From Candidatus Omnitrophota bacterium (GTDB lineage: Bacteria; Omnitrophota; Gorgyraeia; Gygaellales; Profunditerraquicolaceae), in assembly GCA_028716965.1 (NCBI GenBank), contig JAQUOV010000003.1, positions 5,302-69,301 of the forward strand: a stretch of DNA of 64,000 bases, given 5' to 3'. Within the stretch, counting starts at the first letter, position 1. The number at the start of each line of letters is the position of its first letter. The translations under genes were made by a program, and so were the position numbers. The notes under the pieces are model-generated. The model was not told the DNA's origin, searched no databases, and was given only the letters and a program-made list of their open reading frames with translations. Positions 8,677 to 18,182 of the stretch are shown here, one piece after another.

Positions 8677-10284
8677 TTAATAAACATCTATCATGATAAA
8701 TGAATGGTCCAGGATCCCGGCAGAGGTTATTATAATTAAATTTATTTCTTTTGTCCCGGGATCAGGATAAGCACCCTGGAAACCGGCACTATCTATGCCG
8801 GGATTTCCGCTCCCTAAATTTCCTGACCATAGATACTGCAGTTCTACCTGATTACAGCCGCTTGCCGGCATTGCGGCAAAAGAGGAGACCGTAGCCTCCT
8901 GCCCTTTTCCCAGGATATAACCGGAAGATTTTAATTCCGACCTGTCCGCCCCTAAAGAAGCATCCCCTTTATTAAACGACAGATCCAGGAACTTCTTTAA
9001 ATTATAGTTCAATGACTTATTCTCGGCTATCTCATCAAGTCTCTCTTGGGCCTTCCTTACCGTCGTCGGTTGCTTATCCCCTGCGCTATCAATCAACGCC
9101 TCGTAATAACTTTTAGCTTTATTTAAATTTCCCTCCCATTGCGCCAATAAGCCCAATTGATAAAAACTGGAGATTACTTGGGGGCTGACTGTTGATTTGG
9201 TAATAAGTTTCTCAAAATAGGCCCTTGCTTCTTTGATGTCCGCCAATACATATGCGTTAATCATAGCGACTTTGTATACAGCCTCATCAAAATGCCTGGT
9301 ATCCGGATAAAGCTGGACTAACTGTGAATAAAGCGCTGCGGCCTTTTTGTAATCTTTCATTTTCTCTAAATTACAAGCGCGCAGGTAGATTGTGTCCTGA
9401 TCAAAAACATTTTTCTGCCCCCATCCCTCTATTTTCTCGTAAATCTTCTCTGCATAAGCCATATCATAAGGGCCGCTGGCCTTATACGCAAACATTTCGG
9501 CAATCTGGAATAACTCCGGGATAAGCTTATCGGGGGTAAGAGATTTGGAGATCTTTTCTATATAAATATCATAGACTGCTTCGGCCAGATCTAAATTGTT
9601 TTCCTTATAGAAGCCCTCTGCCGTTTCCTTTAGCTGGGCATCCGATATTTTTCCTGAAACCAGCTTTTCCACATAAAGCTTATAAAGCTGCCGTGCCTTT
9701 GATTTTTCCCCATTTAGCGAAAGATTATCTGCAACCTCTTTTACCAGTGCGGCATCCTGGGTTTGTCCGGCATAAGCGTTTACATCATCCATCAACTCGG
9801 TCAAGGACTGAGCGGTAAAGGCGTCCTGCTGGCCGCAATGAAACTGCCAGAGTAAAAGCCTGGCCCTCGGCCTTAAGCAATCGCTGTTTTGGGTTTGAAC
9901 AATAACCTTTTGCGCATTTTCCGTTATCTGGTCGCGGTAAGTATTGCCTTCGGCAAAATACTCATCCCAGGATTGTTTTTCTTCCAGGTATTTAAGCTGC
10001 AGATAGCGGGTAAGCGCTTTATAATAATTAAAGCATGGCTGCCTGATAAGTTTATCTTGCCCTTTTAGGTTTTCCAGGAATCCGATAAACTCGGCATAGC
10101 GGTTATCTTTAAGATACTCTTCTTTTGACTCTTCAAGGCCGGCGCAGCAAGTAACATTTGATGCGGCGCTTGAAACAACCGGCTGGCAAAAAGCGGTTGA
10201 GCAAAAAAATAAACCTAAGATAAATGCCGTAAACCTTAAGACCGCTAACATAGGGTTAACCTCCTTAAAAGACTTTCCTGTCAC
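8677..10284 (-). CDS. Secreted or lipoprotein TPR-like repeat protein.
   Basis: The N-terminal signal peptide (MLAVLRFTAFILGLFFCSTAFC) is followed by helical-repeat-rich sequence, for example AYKLYVEKL and ALIDSAGDK. Confidence 0.55.
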   Translation of the reverse strand: MTGKSFKEVNPMLAVLRFTAFILGLFFCSTAFCQPVVSSAASNVTCCAGLEESKEEYLKDNRYAEFIGFLENLKGQDKLIRQPCFNYYKALTRYLQLKYLEEKQSWDEYFAEGNTYRDQITENAQKVIVQTQNSDCLRPRARLLLWQFHCGQQDAFTAQSLTELMDDVNAYAGQTQDAALVKEVADNLSLNGEKSKARQLYKLYVEKLVSGKISDAQLKETAEGFYKENNLDLAEAVYDIYIEKISKSLTPDKLIPELFQIAEMFAYKASGPYDMAYAEKIYEKIEGWGQKNVFDQDTIYLRACNLEKMKDYKKAAALYSQLVQLYPDTRHFDEAVYKVAMINAYVLADIKEARAYFEKLITKSTVSPQVISSFYQLGLLAQWEGNLNKAKSYYEALIDSAGDKQPTTVRKAQERLDEIAENKSLNYNLKKFLDLSFNKGDASLGADRSELKSSGYILGKGQEATVSSFAAMPASGCNQVELQYLWSGNLGSGNPGIDSAGFQGAYPDPGTKEINLIIITSAGILDHSFIMIDVY

Positions 10285-11590
10285 GTGCTTTCTTCAAAAC
10301 CGGGTTTTTCCAGAATTCCCTGATTACGTAATAGGCCTTGCGCGGTATGCGCTTATTCAATCCGTTCTCAAGCTCCGGGCTTAAAGCAACTATCCCAAAC
10401 CACTCCTCGTTCATATTCTTATTGCCTTCGGCGCGGATATCAAAATAATAACTGCCGTTGGACCAGCCGCTTTCGGTATTATGCACCTTCCAGTCTTGCG
10501 GGTTATCGGGATTATACTTCCACCATTCATCCGTCCATTCAAAAAGCGTACCGCCTATGCAATTTCCCGCACCCTTCTTGCTGTTGGCCAGGTTTTCATA
10601 TATCTGGTTCCACTGCGATTGCAGGAAAAATGCCTGCATATTCTGGTCCTCTTTTTTCAAATAAGCGTCGTAACAATCCGCGCCGAATTCAGCCAATAGC
10701 ACCGGCTTATCAAATGTCATCCTGATGGATTTAAAAAGATTCCCAAAAGTCTTGCCACGATAAATTATACAAGCGATAAAATCTACATCCGGGCAGAATT
10801 TATTGGCATACTCCAGCCCTACCAACTCGCCATTGCCCAGGCCTACCGGGTGCGCAGGGTCAGCTTTATGCACTTCATCAGCTAAATCATTAATGAATGA
10901 ATAATAAATACTGGCGCGCATAACCTTCTGTTTCTGAGGATCGGGCTCCTTATCAATCTCTTCGTTTGACCAGGGATTGACATGCCCCAGGCAGGAATAA
11001 TTATTTTCATTGCCCAATATCCATCCCAGTATCCCCGGTTCATCCTTGTAAAGGTTCACCATCTCCAGTACCTGACTTTTCACTTTATCCTGGAATGCCT
11101 TGTCCCCATAAAAAGGACAGGGATATTCCCAGAACCCCAGCCAATCCCCCATAAGCGTACGGATGCCGTACAGCTTATATAAATCCCCTATTACCTGCTT
11201 TACCTTCTCGGGATCGTTATTCGACTCATAAATACGGATGGTATTAATACCCATCTCTTTCATCAATTTTCCGTCAACTATCCACGGTTTATTAGGATCT
11301 GCCCACCAGTCATATTCATGGTTAAACCCTATAGGGATAGGATTATAGCAGACACCCTTAACAATATATGGCGAGCCGTTAACTATAAGGCGATAGTGCT
11401 GATTCTTAAGTTTCTGAATATAAACCCCCTGCTTAAGCTGACAGGCGGATAAAATAAACAAAAACAAAAGGCTGCAGGCTACAAGCAAAAAATGCCTGTA
11501 ACCTGCAGCTCTAAAACTGTTGCTGTTGCTTTTATTCAAACTTGATCTCATCCAAATAGAAAGTAAACCCTTCAGGATTGTTATCCACAT
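10265..11590 (-). CDS. Clan GH-A (beta/alpha)8 glycoside hydrolase, a GH5/GH72-like glucanase, probably a lipoprotein.
   Basis: Motifs include YIVKGVCYNP, GINTIRIYE, a catalytic ILGNENNY (NEP-type acid/base) and AEFGADCYDA. The likely true start is the internal MRSSL... with signal peptide plus LSAC lipobox. It is paralogous to the C-terminal domain of the 12729..15032 protein. Confidence 0.6.
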   Translation of the reverse strand: MWITILKGLLSIWMRSSLNKSNSNSFRAAGYRHFLLVACSLLFLFILSACQLKQGVYIQKLKNQHYRLIVNGSPYIVKGVCYNPIPIGFNHEYDWWADPNKPWIVDGKLMKEMGINTIRIYESNNDPEKVKQVIGDLYKLYGIRTLMGDWLGFWEYPCPFYGDKAFQDKVKSQVLEMVNLYKDEPGILGWILGNENNYSCLGHVNPWSNEEIDKEPDPQKQKVMRASIYYSFINDLADEVHKADPAHPVGLGNGELVGLEYANKFCPDVDFIACIIYRGKTFGNLFKSIRMTFDKPVLLAEFGADCYDAYLKKEDQNMQAFFLQSQWNQIYENLANSKKGAGNCIGGTLFEWTDEWWKYNPDNPQDWKVHNTESGWSNGSYYFDIRAEGNKNMNEEWFGIVALSPELENGLNKRIPRKAYYVIREFWKNPVLKKARDRKVF

Positions 11591-12689
11591 TGGCTGACCA
11601 GCAAAAACCGCCGATAATATATGACATGTCTTTGCCTTTTAAGTCAATAGTATATTGTGTCCACTCCTTGTTCAGGATAACCGGGCCGATATTGGCGCTG
11701 TCTGAATCCGAAAACTCTCCCATGATGCCGCCAACTTTAAACTCTTCGATGCGCTCGCCGCCTTTTGCGCCTCTTGCCCAGAAGGTAAGCTTTATAGCTT
11801 TAGAAAGATCAAATCCGGCATCAATACCGCCCCAGTTGTTTGCCGGATTCTGCCAGAAGATACCTGCCCAGCGTGCACCTTGAGTTGCCTTACCGCTATA
11901 CATTATTTTAATGCAGGTATCTCCTAAATAAGCATCTTCTTTTGAAGAACCATCGTATTTTATATCGCCGTAATCACCCATCCAGCCGGAAGGGATAAAA
12001 TGGTTGGCAATGGATGAACGGTCAGCATAAACATAGAACGGCATAGCCTGCTGCTTCTTGGTTTCGGGCTTTAAAGCAGAATCGGCTTCAAATCTTACAT
12101 CATCAATATAAAATGTGGCTCCTTCAGGATTTAAATCTGCGGTAGTAGTCCACCCAAAAGCGCCGTTAAGATACGAAATATCCTTACCCACCAGGTTAAC
12201 CGTATATTGCTTCCAGCTATCGGTTAATTCAATAGGCCCCATCTCAACTTCCGCAGAATCAGGATATGTCCCTTTAATCCCGCCAACCATTATCTTCTGG
12301 ATTATCTCGCCGCCTTTTGCGCCTCTTGCCCAGAAGGTAAGCTTGGTCATGCCGGTTAAATCAAACCCTCCTTTTTTGTTCCCCCAGTTGTTCGCAGGAT
12401 TCTGCCAATAAACTCCGGCCCAACCCTGGTTTTGCGATTTCTTGGCGCTGTAAATAAATTGAATGCTGGTTGCCCCGTTATGCGGATTATCCGCAGCCTG
12501 GTCATTCATTTTTATATCGCCGTAATCACCCATCCAGCCGGAAGGAATATAATGGTTATCCCTGGCATTTTTATCCAGGTAAACCACAAACTCCTTAGCT
12601 GTATTAGCCGCCTTATCTTCAGCCATAGCTATTGCCGGAAACATAAGGCCCAAAGCTAATAATACCACTAATAACTTTCTCATACCCAC
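11532..12689 (-). CDS. Secreted protein made of two tandem-duplicated ~180-aa beta-sandwich (putative carbohydrate-binding) modules.
   Basis: The signal peptide is MGMRKLLVVLLALGLMFPAIAMA. Repeat 1 (about aa 34-201) and repeat 2 (about aa 218-385) both carry H(Y/F)IPSGWMGDYGDIK, W(Q)NPANNWG, KLTFWARGAKGGE and FY(I/L)D(D/E)(V/I)(R/K)FE. Confidence 0.6.
   Translation of the reverse strand: MGMRKLLVVLLALGLMFPAIAMAEDKAANTAKEFVVYLDKNARDNHYIPSGWMGDYGDIKMNDQAADNPHNGATSIQFIYSAKKSQNQGWAGVYWQNPANNWGNKKGGFDLTGMTKLTFWARGAKGGEIIQKIMVGGIKGTYPDSAEVEMGPIELTDSWKQYTVNLVGKDISYLNGAFGWTTTADLNPEGATFYIDDVRFEADSALKPETKKQQAMPFYVYADRSSIANHFIPSGWMGDYGDIKYDGSSKEDAYLGDTCIKIMYSGKATQGARWAGIFWQNPANNWGGIDAGFDLSKAIKLTFWARGAKGGERIEEFKVGGIMGEFSDSDSANIGPVILNKEWTQYTIDLKGKDMSYIIGGFCWSANVDNNPEGFTFYLDEIKFE
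11535..12590 (-). repeat. Intragenic tandem duplication with a period of 552 nt (184 codons), including an identical 39-nt core at 11754..11792 and 12306..12344.
   Basis: The string ctcgccgccttttgcgcctcttgcccagaaggtaagctt occurs at both positions. Translations of the two units align end to end. Confidence 0.8.
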
Positions 12690-12728
12690 CTCCCCTTTTG
12701 CTTCTGTCCTTGTAAATAAATTAAACTC

Positions 12729-15032
12729 TTATTGCCACTTCCTCTGATACATATAATAAACTTTACGCAATTGCCTTAAAAACGGGCTTAATTTCCCGTC
12801 ACCCTGTCCGGACATCCCCAGCCACTCCTCGTGCATATATCCGTCAGGGAAAGGCCCGGCCCATAAACCCTTGGTGTCGTGGATCGCCGGTTCATAAGCC
12901 TTCCACCATTCATCCAGATACTCAAAAACCACCCCACCCAAAGCATTGCCTGAGCCGCCGCTGAAAGCCATATTGCCCTGGATATCATCCCAGGAACCTA
13001 AATGGTATTGCGCCTGCAGCTCTTCGGATTCGTCGGGGTTCTTGCCCTCTGCGTAAGCCGGACAGCCAAATTCAGTAATAAAAGCCGGCTTGTCCGCTTC
13101 TTCCTTAACCTGCCTCCAGAATGCGCCAAATCCGTAATCCCCCCGGTAAGCATTTGTGCCAAACATATCTATATCCGGGGCGTTTCTGCCGAACTTATCC
13201 AGGAATAAAATATCCCCGCTGCATATGGCAACCGGATGCTCCGGATCAATTGATTTGATAATTTTAGCAACCTCATTGGCAAATTTAAAGAAAGCCTCGG
13301 GCTGCTCATTTGCATTACAGGCATAACCGTAAACATTTTCATTCCCCAACAGCCAAAATAAAATATACGGCTCATCCTTAAATTCATTGACCATCTTTTT
13401 TACCGATTCAATCATATTCTTCTTATGCGCTTCATTATTGTAATCCGTTCCGGGATTCCAGCTGGCTCCGGAGCCGATAGCGTATTTGCCGAGGAAATCC
13501 CCCATCATCACCCGGATACCGTAAGTATTATAAAGATCGCGCAGGAGTTGCTTGTTCACCTTAAGCGGATGATGGTAGAGCCGGATAGTGTTTACCCCCA
13601 TATCCTGCATCAACTTAAAATCTCCTATAGCCGGTTCATCGGCGTCCTGCAGGTTATTTTTGTTTTTATCAATAAAGGCATCATACGGGCCGTCAATCTT
13701 GCCGTTCTTATTGAAATCTTCTTCCATCCAGTTACCCAATGTCCCCTCATCAGGAGACTGTCCTACTTTAGTCGGGGCATAAGTAATCCCCTTGATTATA
13801 TAAGGCTTATCATCAACCAATAACTGCCAGTCATCATTATCATACTGCACCAAGCGCACCTTGCCCTTGCCAACTTTCTTTTTAATCTTTAAAGAATCAG
13901 CCGTAGGTTTAATCTTAGCCGCCTCCTGTGCAAGGTCAACCTTAACGAACTTCCCCGGCTTAGTTATGGCCAGATCATTAGAAATATCATTGTCAAAACC
14001 GTTGATAATGTCGATTTGGGCGCCTTCCAGTTTATAACCCAGCTGGGGGTTGCGCTTCAAAAGAAAATTTATCTTGGCAATAGCTGCCTGCCCCACATAC
14101 CAGGGGGTATGCCAATAGGTCCACCCGTAACTTCCCGGAAAATGCACCACAATGGAATAGTAACATTTAAGCGCCTGGGTAATCAACCCTGAACGTTCAA
14201 GGATTAAGCCGGTACAGAACAACCTTACTCCCTGCGGCTCGCTTGAGGTCGCCCATTTCAAGAATGCCGCCTCTAAATCCGGAGAATAAACAAAATCCCA
14301 AAGGTCGCCTTCCAAACGCTTTTCTTTTACTGCCTTCTTTAGTTCTGGGTCCTTCCTTATGGCGCCGGAATTAGGATAAACACCCTCCCCTACCGCAGCC
14401 ATCAAACCAGGCTGGTCAACGATCAAATACTTGTAATCTTTGGTCCCGATATCCTTAAACTCTCCGTATTTTGCGTAATCCACAAAACTTTCTGTGCCGG
14501 GGTCATACAAAACCACTTTTGTAGGCAGCTGGCTTACCTTCTTTTTCTGTTCTACTTCGATAGAGCCGGTCTCAATCTTCTTTATGCTCTGCTCGGATGC
14601 CAGTTTTATTGACCAAAACCAGCCACGCGGGTCCCACGCCTGGCCATAAGAATATTTATCGACAATCAATTTGAATATCTTCTTGGCTTCATCAAGCTTC
14701 TCCTGGCGCATCAGGCTTTCCGCCTGAATGAAATAACAGGTAGCCACATCATTTAAAGCCTGCACCGCCTCAATTTCTTTCTTGTTCTTAGGCAGGGCGT
14801 TTAAAGAAGCTTGCTCCTTATCCGCCTGCTGCCTGTATAAATCAATGCACTCCTGCGTATATTTAAATGTAAGATCAATGTCCCGCTTGCCGTGGACAAT
14901 CCAGGCTTTAGTAGTAAGCTCTCCCGAAGACGGCTTAGCGATAGGCGCTGGTTCAGCAGCCAAGGCGCTTACATACTGGCACGCTATTACCATGAAAATC
15001 CGCAACCCTAAACTCAAAATCCTAATACTCAT
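12729..15032 (-). CDS. Secreted two-domain protein with an N-terminal TPR-like/helical region and a C-terminal clan GH-A glycoside hydrolase domain, paralogous to 10265..11590.
   Basis: The C-terminal half repeats the same motifs as the paralogue: YIIKGITYAP, GVNTIRLYHH, LLGNENVYG and ITEFGCPAYA. A signal-like N-terminus is present. Confidence 0.6.
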   Translation of the reverse strand: MSIRILSLGLRIFMVIACQYVSALAAEPAPIAKPSSGELTTKAWIVHGKRDIDLTFKYTQECIDLYRQQADKEQASLNALPKNKKEIEAVQALNDVATCYFIQAESLMRQEKLDEAKKIFKLIVDKYSYGQAWDPRGWFWSIKLASEQSIKKIETGSIEVEQKKKVSQLPTKVVLYDPGTESFVDYAKYGEFKDIGTKDYKYLIVDQPGLMAAVGEGVYPNSGAIRKDPELKKAVKEKRLEGDLWDFVYSPDLEAAFLKWATSSEPQGVRLFCTGLILERSGLITQALKCYYSIVVHFPGSYGWTYWHTPWYVGQAAIAKINFLLKRNPQLGYKLEGAQIDIINGFDNDISNDLAITKPGKFVKVDLAQEAAKIKPTADSLKIKKKVGKGKVRLVQYDNDDWQLLVDDKPYIIKGITYAPTKVGQSPDEGTLGNWMEEDFNKNGKIDGPYDAFIDKNKNNLQDADEPAIGDFKLMQDMGVNTIRLYHHPLKVNKQLLRDLYNTYGIRVMMGDFLGKYAIGSGASWNPGTDYNNEAHKKNMIESVKKMVNEFKDEPYILFWLLGNENVYGYACNANEQPEAFFKFANEVAKIIKSIDPEHPVAICSGDILFLDKFGRNAPDIDMFGTNAYRGDYGFGAFWRQVKEEADKPAFITEFGCPAYAEGKNPDESEELQAQYHLGSWDDIQGNMAFSGGSGNALGGVVFEYLDEWWKAYEPAIHDTKGLWAGPFPDGYMHEEWLGMSGQGDGKLSPFLRQLRKVYYMYQRKWQ

Positions 15033-15033
15033 C

Positions 15034-15882
15034 TTATCCTACTATCGCTCCCTGGGTAACGCCTTTGACAATATACTTCTGCATCAACAAATACACTATA
15101 ATAATAGGTAAGGCGGTAATGGTTAAACCTGCCATTAATAACGGATAATTGGTGACAAACTCCCCCTGGAAGGTCTGCAGCGCAACCTGAAGCGGCATAA
15201 ACTGCCGATTATCAAAAATAATCAGGGCTAAAATATATTCGTTCCATACGGTTAAAGCATTAAAAACAATAACTACTGCCAATACCGGTTTAGCCAAAGG
15301 CAAGGCAACATGCCACCAGATCCCCAGCTTTGAGCAACCGTCAATACGCGCGGCATCCTCCAGCTCTTTAGGCATCTTGTCAAAAAAAGTTTTAAGCAGA
15401 AAAATACTCGTGGAAAGACCGACATTAATCATGCACAGTATATAGCCAATGGGGGTATTTCTTAAATGCAGCTTGTTTAATAAAACATAGAGGGCGACGA
15501 AACTTCCCGGGATAGGGATCATCATCGCCGCCATAAACATAATAAATAAACACTTGCTTCCAAAAAAACGCAGGCGGCTGAAAGCATAAGCAGCCATGGA
15601 AGAGATAATTACTATGCCGAATACCACCGAAACAGTATAAATGATGCTGTTCAGGAAGTTCCGGCCAAACCCGCCTTCCTGCCAGGCCCGTAGATAATTT
15701 TCCAGACGGAACTGATGCGGAATCAGGGAGATATCCTTAAAGATCATATCCTGTGTCTTCAAGCTGGATACGATCATCCAAAGCAGAGGATACAAGCAGG
15801 TTATTGCCACGCTGATCAGGAAAAGGTGGATCAACGTATTTACGACTACCTTTTTACTCTTATAATAAAGCGCGTTCTTCAT
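15034..15882 (-). CDS. Carbohydrate ABC transporter permease (MalG/UgpE-like).
   Basis: It has six predicted TM helices and an EAA-like loop (ELEDAARIDGCSKLGIWWHVALP). Confidence 0.85.
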   Translation of the reverse strand: MKNALYYKSKKVVVNTLIHLFLISVAITCLYPLLWMIVSSLKTQDMIFKDISLIPHQFRLENYLRAWQEGGFGRNFLNSIIYTVSVVFGIVIISSMAAYAFSRLRFFGSKCLFIMFMAAMMIPIPGSFVALYVLLNKLHLRNTPIGYILCMINVGLSTSIFLLKTFFDKMPKELEDAARIDGCSKLGIWWHVALPLAKPVLAVVIVFNALTVWNEYILALIIFDNRQFMPLQVALQTFQGEFVTNYPLLMAGLTITALPIIIVYLLMQKYIVKGVTQGAIVG

Positions 15883-15889
15883 CCTAAAG

Positions 15890-16768
15890 TCATTGGTTCC
15901 TCTTTGAAAACCGGTATTGGATAAATGAAATTATCACAAGCACCAGGCCGAAAGTAATCCCTTGCGCGCAGGCATACCCAAAACGCGATGAGCCGCGCAT
16001 GGAGGCCAGGATTCGTAAAACCGGCACTGAGGTATGCCCGGCAAACTCCCCTCCTACAAGGCTGACAATCAAAACGAATACCTGCATTGTACCCAACACC
16101 GTAAGGATAGCCACTAAAATCATTATCGGGATCATCAAAGGTATTGTTATCTTCCTGAATGACTGCCAGGAGCTTGCTCCGTCAACGCGCGCAGCTTCGT
16201 AAAGCTCGCGCGGGATAGTCTGCAGGCCGGCCAGGAAGATCAGGAATCCCCAGCCAAAACCTTTCCAACAATGCACCAAAGCAACGGTAGTAAGGGCCGT
16301 ATTCGGATCAGAAAGCCAATTATGTACTAAATTAGGCATACCAAATCCTGCAAGCATACGGTTAATGATATTGGCCCCGTCAATGTCGTTGATAATGAAG
16401 CGCCAGGCCATGCCTACGACTACCTCTGATAAAACCGGGGGAATAAAGAATATAACCCTGTAAAAATTCTTCATCTTAATTTCGCGGTCGCACGCCCAGG
16501 CAAGCATAAACGCCAGGATATTCTGGAAGGTAAGCGCGATAAGCGTAATATAGATGGCATTGCCCATTGACTGCCACCAGCTTCTATCCTGCAGGAAGAT
16601 CTCCTTAAAATTCTGCAAGCCCACAAATGTCTTGGTAAAAGAAATGCCGTCCCACTCAAAAAGCCCCAACTGGAAGACCCAGATAAAGGGGATAACGTAG
16701 AATATGGCAAAGATAGTTACTGCCGGCAATACAAAGGTATAATTTTCCAGCGATTCTTTTATTTTCAT
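15890..16768 (-). CDS. Carbohydrate ABC transporter permease (MalF/UgpA-like).
   Basis: It is polytopic and carries the EAA motif YEAARVDGASSWQSFRKITIPL. Confidence 0.85.
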   Translation of the reverse strand: MKIKESLENYTFVLPAVTIFAIFYVIPFIWVFQLGLFEWDGISFTKTFVGLQNFKEIFLQDRSWWQSMGNAIYITLIALTFQNILAFMLAWACDREIKMKNFYRVIFFIPPVLSEVVVGMAWRFIINDIDGANIINRMLAGFGMPNLVHNWLSDPNTALTTVALVHCWKGFGWGFLIFLAGLQTIPRELYEAARVDGASSWQSFRKITIPLMIPIMILVAILTVLGTMQVFVLIVSLVGGEFAGHTSVPVLRILASMRGSSRFGYACAQGITFGLVLVIISFIQYRFSKRNQ

Positions 16769-18069
16769 CTTGCTCTTTTCTTGGCTAATTCGCGCTCTTT
16801 GATCTTCTGTACATCATCAGCCACCTGCTCCGGCGTCTTCTCTCCGATGATAATCGACTGGATACCTCTGTCAAAAGCTTCAATTACCAAAGAGAATTCC
16901 GAAACCCCCCAGATATTCGGATGCGTGGCATAATCCATGCCGCGGGCAAACTGCGCTAAGATCTCCGGTATCTTGGATAAACTATTCTTGTTTGCGGGCA
17001 GGTTATTGGTCTCCTGCGCTAAATATGCCTGTTGGTCCTGGTCGGTAAGCCAGGCCAGGAACTTCACTGCTTCTTCTTTATTCTTTGAACGGGCATTAAC
17101 CATAAAAGATGAACCTGCCCCTCCCCAGATAGCCATAGGGTATCTGCTTGATGCTTCCGGAGGGAGCATTGCTCCATACTCCAAATCTGGATTCATCCCT
17201 TTGTAAACATTCACGCACCATGAACCGTTAAAAGCAAAAACAGCTTTTTCGTTTGCAAAAAGCTGTTCAGCGGATTTATTGATCATAGTAACTATGCCTT
17301 TAGCCAATACACCTGACTCCTGCATCTGTTGAAAAAGCGCAAATACCTTAATCCAATCCGGGTCAGTATAAGCAACCTCGCCCCTTATTGTAGCCAATAC
17401 CTTGTCCTTGCCCATTATATTAAAAGCGTAGTTATTCGCCAGGCAATCAATCATCCACACCTCGCCCCAGCCGGAAACCAGCCCCTGCAGCCCGGCAGAG
17501 CTTATTTTATTGCCTATATCCAGAAACTCCTGGAATGTTTTGGGCGGCCGGTTAGGATTTAAACCCAGCTCCTTAAAAAGTTTCTTATTATAGACCATCT
17601 GGATAGTCATAATATCTATGGGCACCCCAAATATCCCCGGGTTGATTCCATAGCTGTTGTCGGAAGAAAATTCATTCACTGCCAAGGCCTTGGGGAAAAA
17701 CTTATTTTCCCAAAGGCTGTTATTAGCTTCCATATAGGAAGTTATATCCAGAATATGCCCGGCTTTAATAAAGGCGGCAAAATCCCTCTTTTCTCCCAAG
17801 ATACCGAAGATATCCGGAAGATTTATTCCCTGCGCCGCGGCGCGGACCTTTTGCGAATAGGCATCTGATGGGGCATAAAGCTCAAAATTTACTCTTATGC
17901 CGGTTAAAGCTTCATATTTTTTGGCTAACTCCTGGAAGGCGGGGTCCCTGTCTGTCATCCAGTGCCAGACGGCAATGGTAGGCTTGGTATCAATCTTTTC
18001 TCCTGAACAACCTAAAACTGAGAATAAGGCAAAAATACACAAAGCTGCGCTTCTCATCAACATCCTCAT
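16765..18069 (-). CDS. Extracellular solute-binding lipoprotein of a sugar ABC transporter.
   Basis: It shows an SBP family 1 pattern. A lipobox (LGCSGEK) follows a hydrophobic leader. The likely true start is the third Met (18061..18063), because the GGAAGGAG Shine-Dalgarno at 18071..18078 abuts the first ATG. Confidence 0.8.
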   Translation of the reverse strand: MRMLMRSAALCIFALFSVLGCSGEKIDTKPTIAVWHWMTDRDPAFQELAKKYEALTGIRVNFELYAPSDAYSQKVRAAAQGINLPDIFGILGEKRDFAAFIKAGHILDITSYMEANNSLWENKFFPKALAVNEFSSDNSYGINPGIFGVPIDIMTIQMVYNKKLFKELGLNPNRPPKTFQEFLDIGNKISSAGLQGLVSGWGEVWMIDCLANNYAFNIMGKDKVLATIRGEVAYTDPDWIKVFALFQQMQESGVLAKGIVTMINKSAEQLFANEKAVFAFNGSWCVNVYKGMNPDLEYGAMLPPEASSRYPMAIWGGAGSSFMVNARSKNKEEAVKFLAWLTDQDQQAYLAQETNNLPANKNSLSKIPEILAQFARGMDYATHPNIWGVSEFSLVIEAFDRGIQSIIIGEKTPEQVADDVQKIKERELAKKRAR

Positions 18070-18126
18070 ACTCCTTCCATTGATCGCGGGGGATTTTCCC
18101 CTGGGGATAGGTTATAAAAAGACGTA

Positions 18127-18143
18127 ATGTTAAAATTTAACAT
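18127..18143. promoter_or_regulatory. Perfect 17-bp palindrome ATGTTAAA-a-TTTAACAT in the 113-nt gap upstream of the ABC operon; a candidate operator.
   Basis: It has 8-nt arms around a single central base, read directly from the sequence. It overlaps a candidate -10, and a TTGACC -35 lies at 18157..18162 on the minus strand. Confidence 0.4.
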
Positions 18144-18182
18144 ATTTTCTCCCCCCGGTCAAGGTTTTTTGTTTAAATCCGG

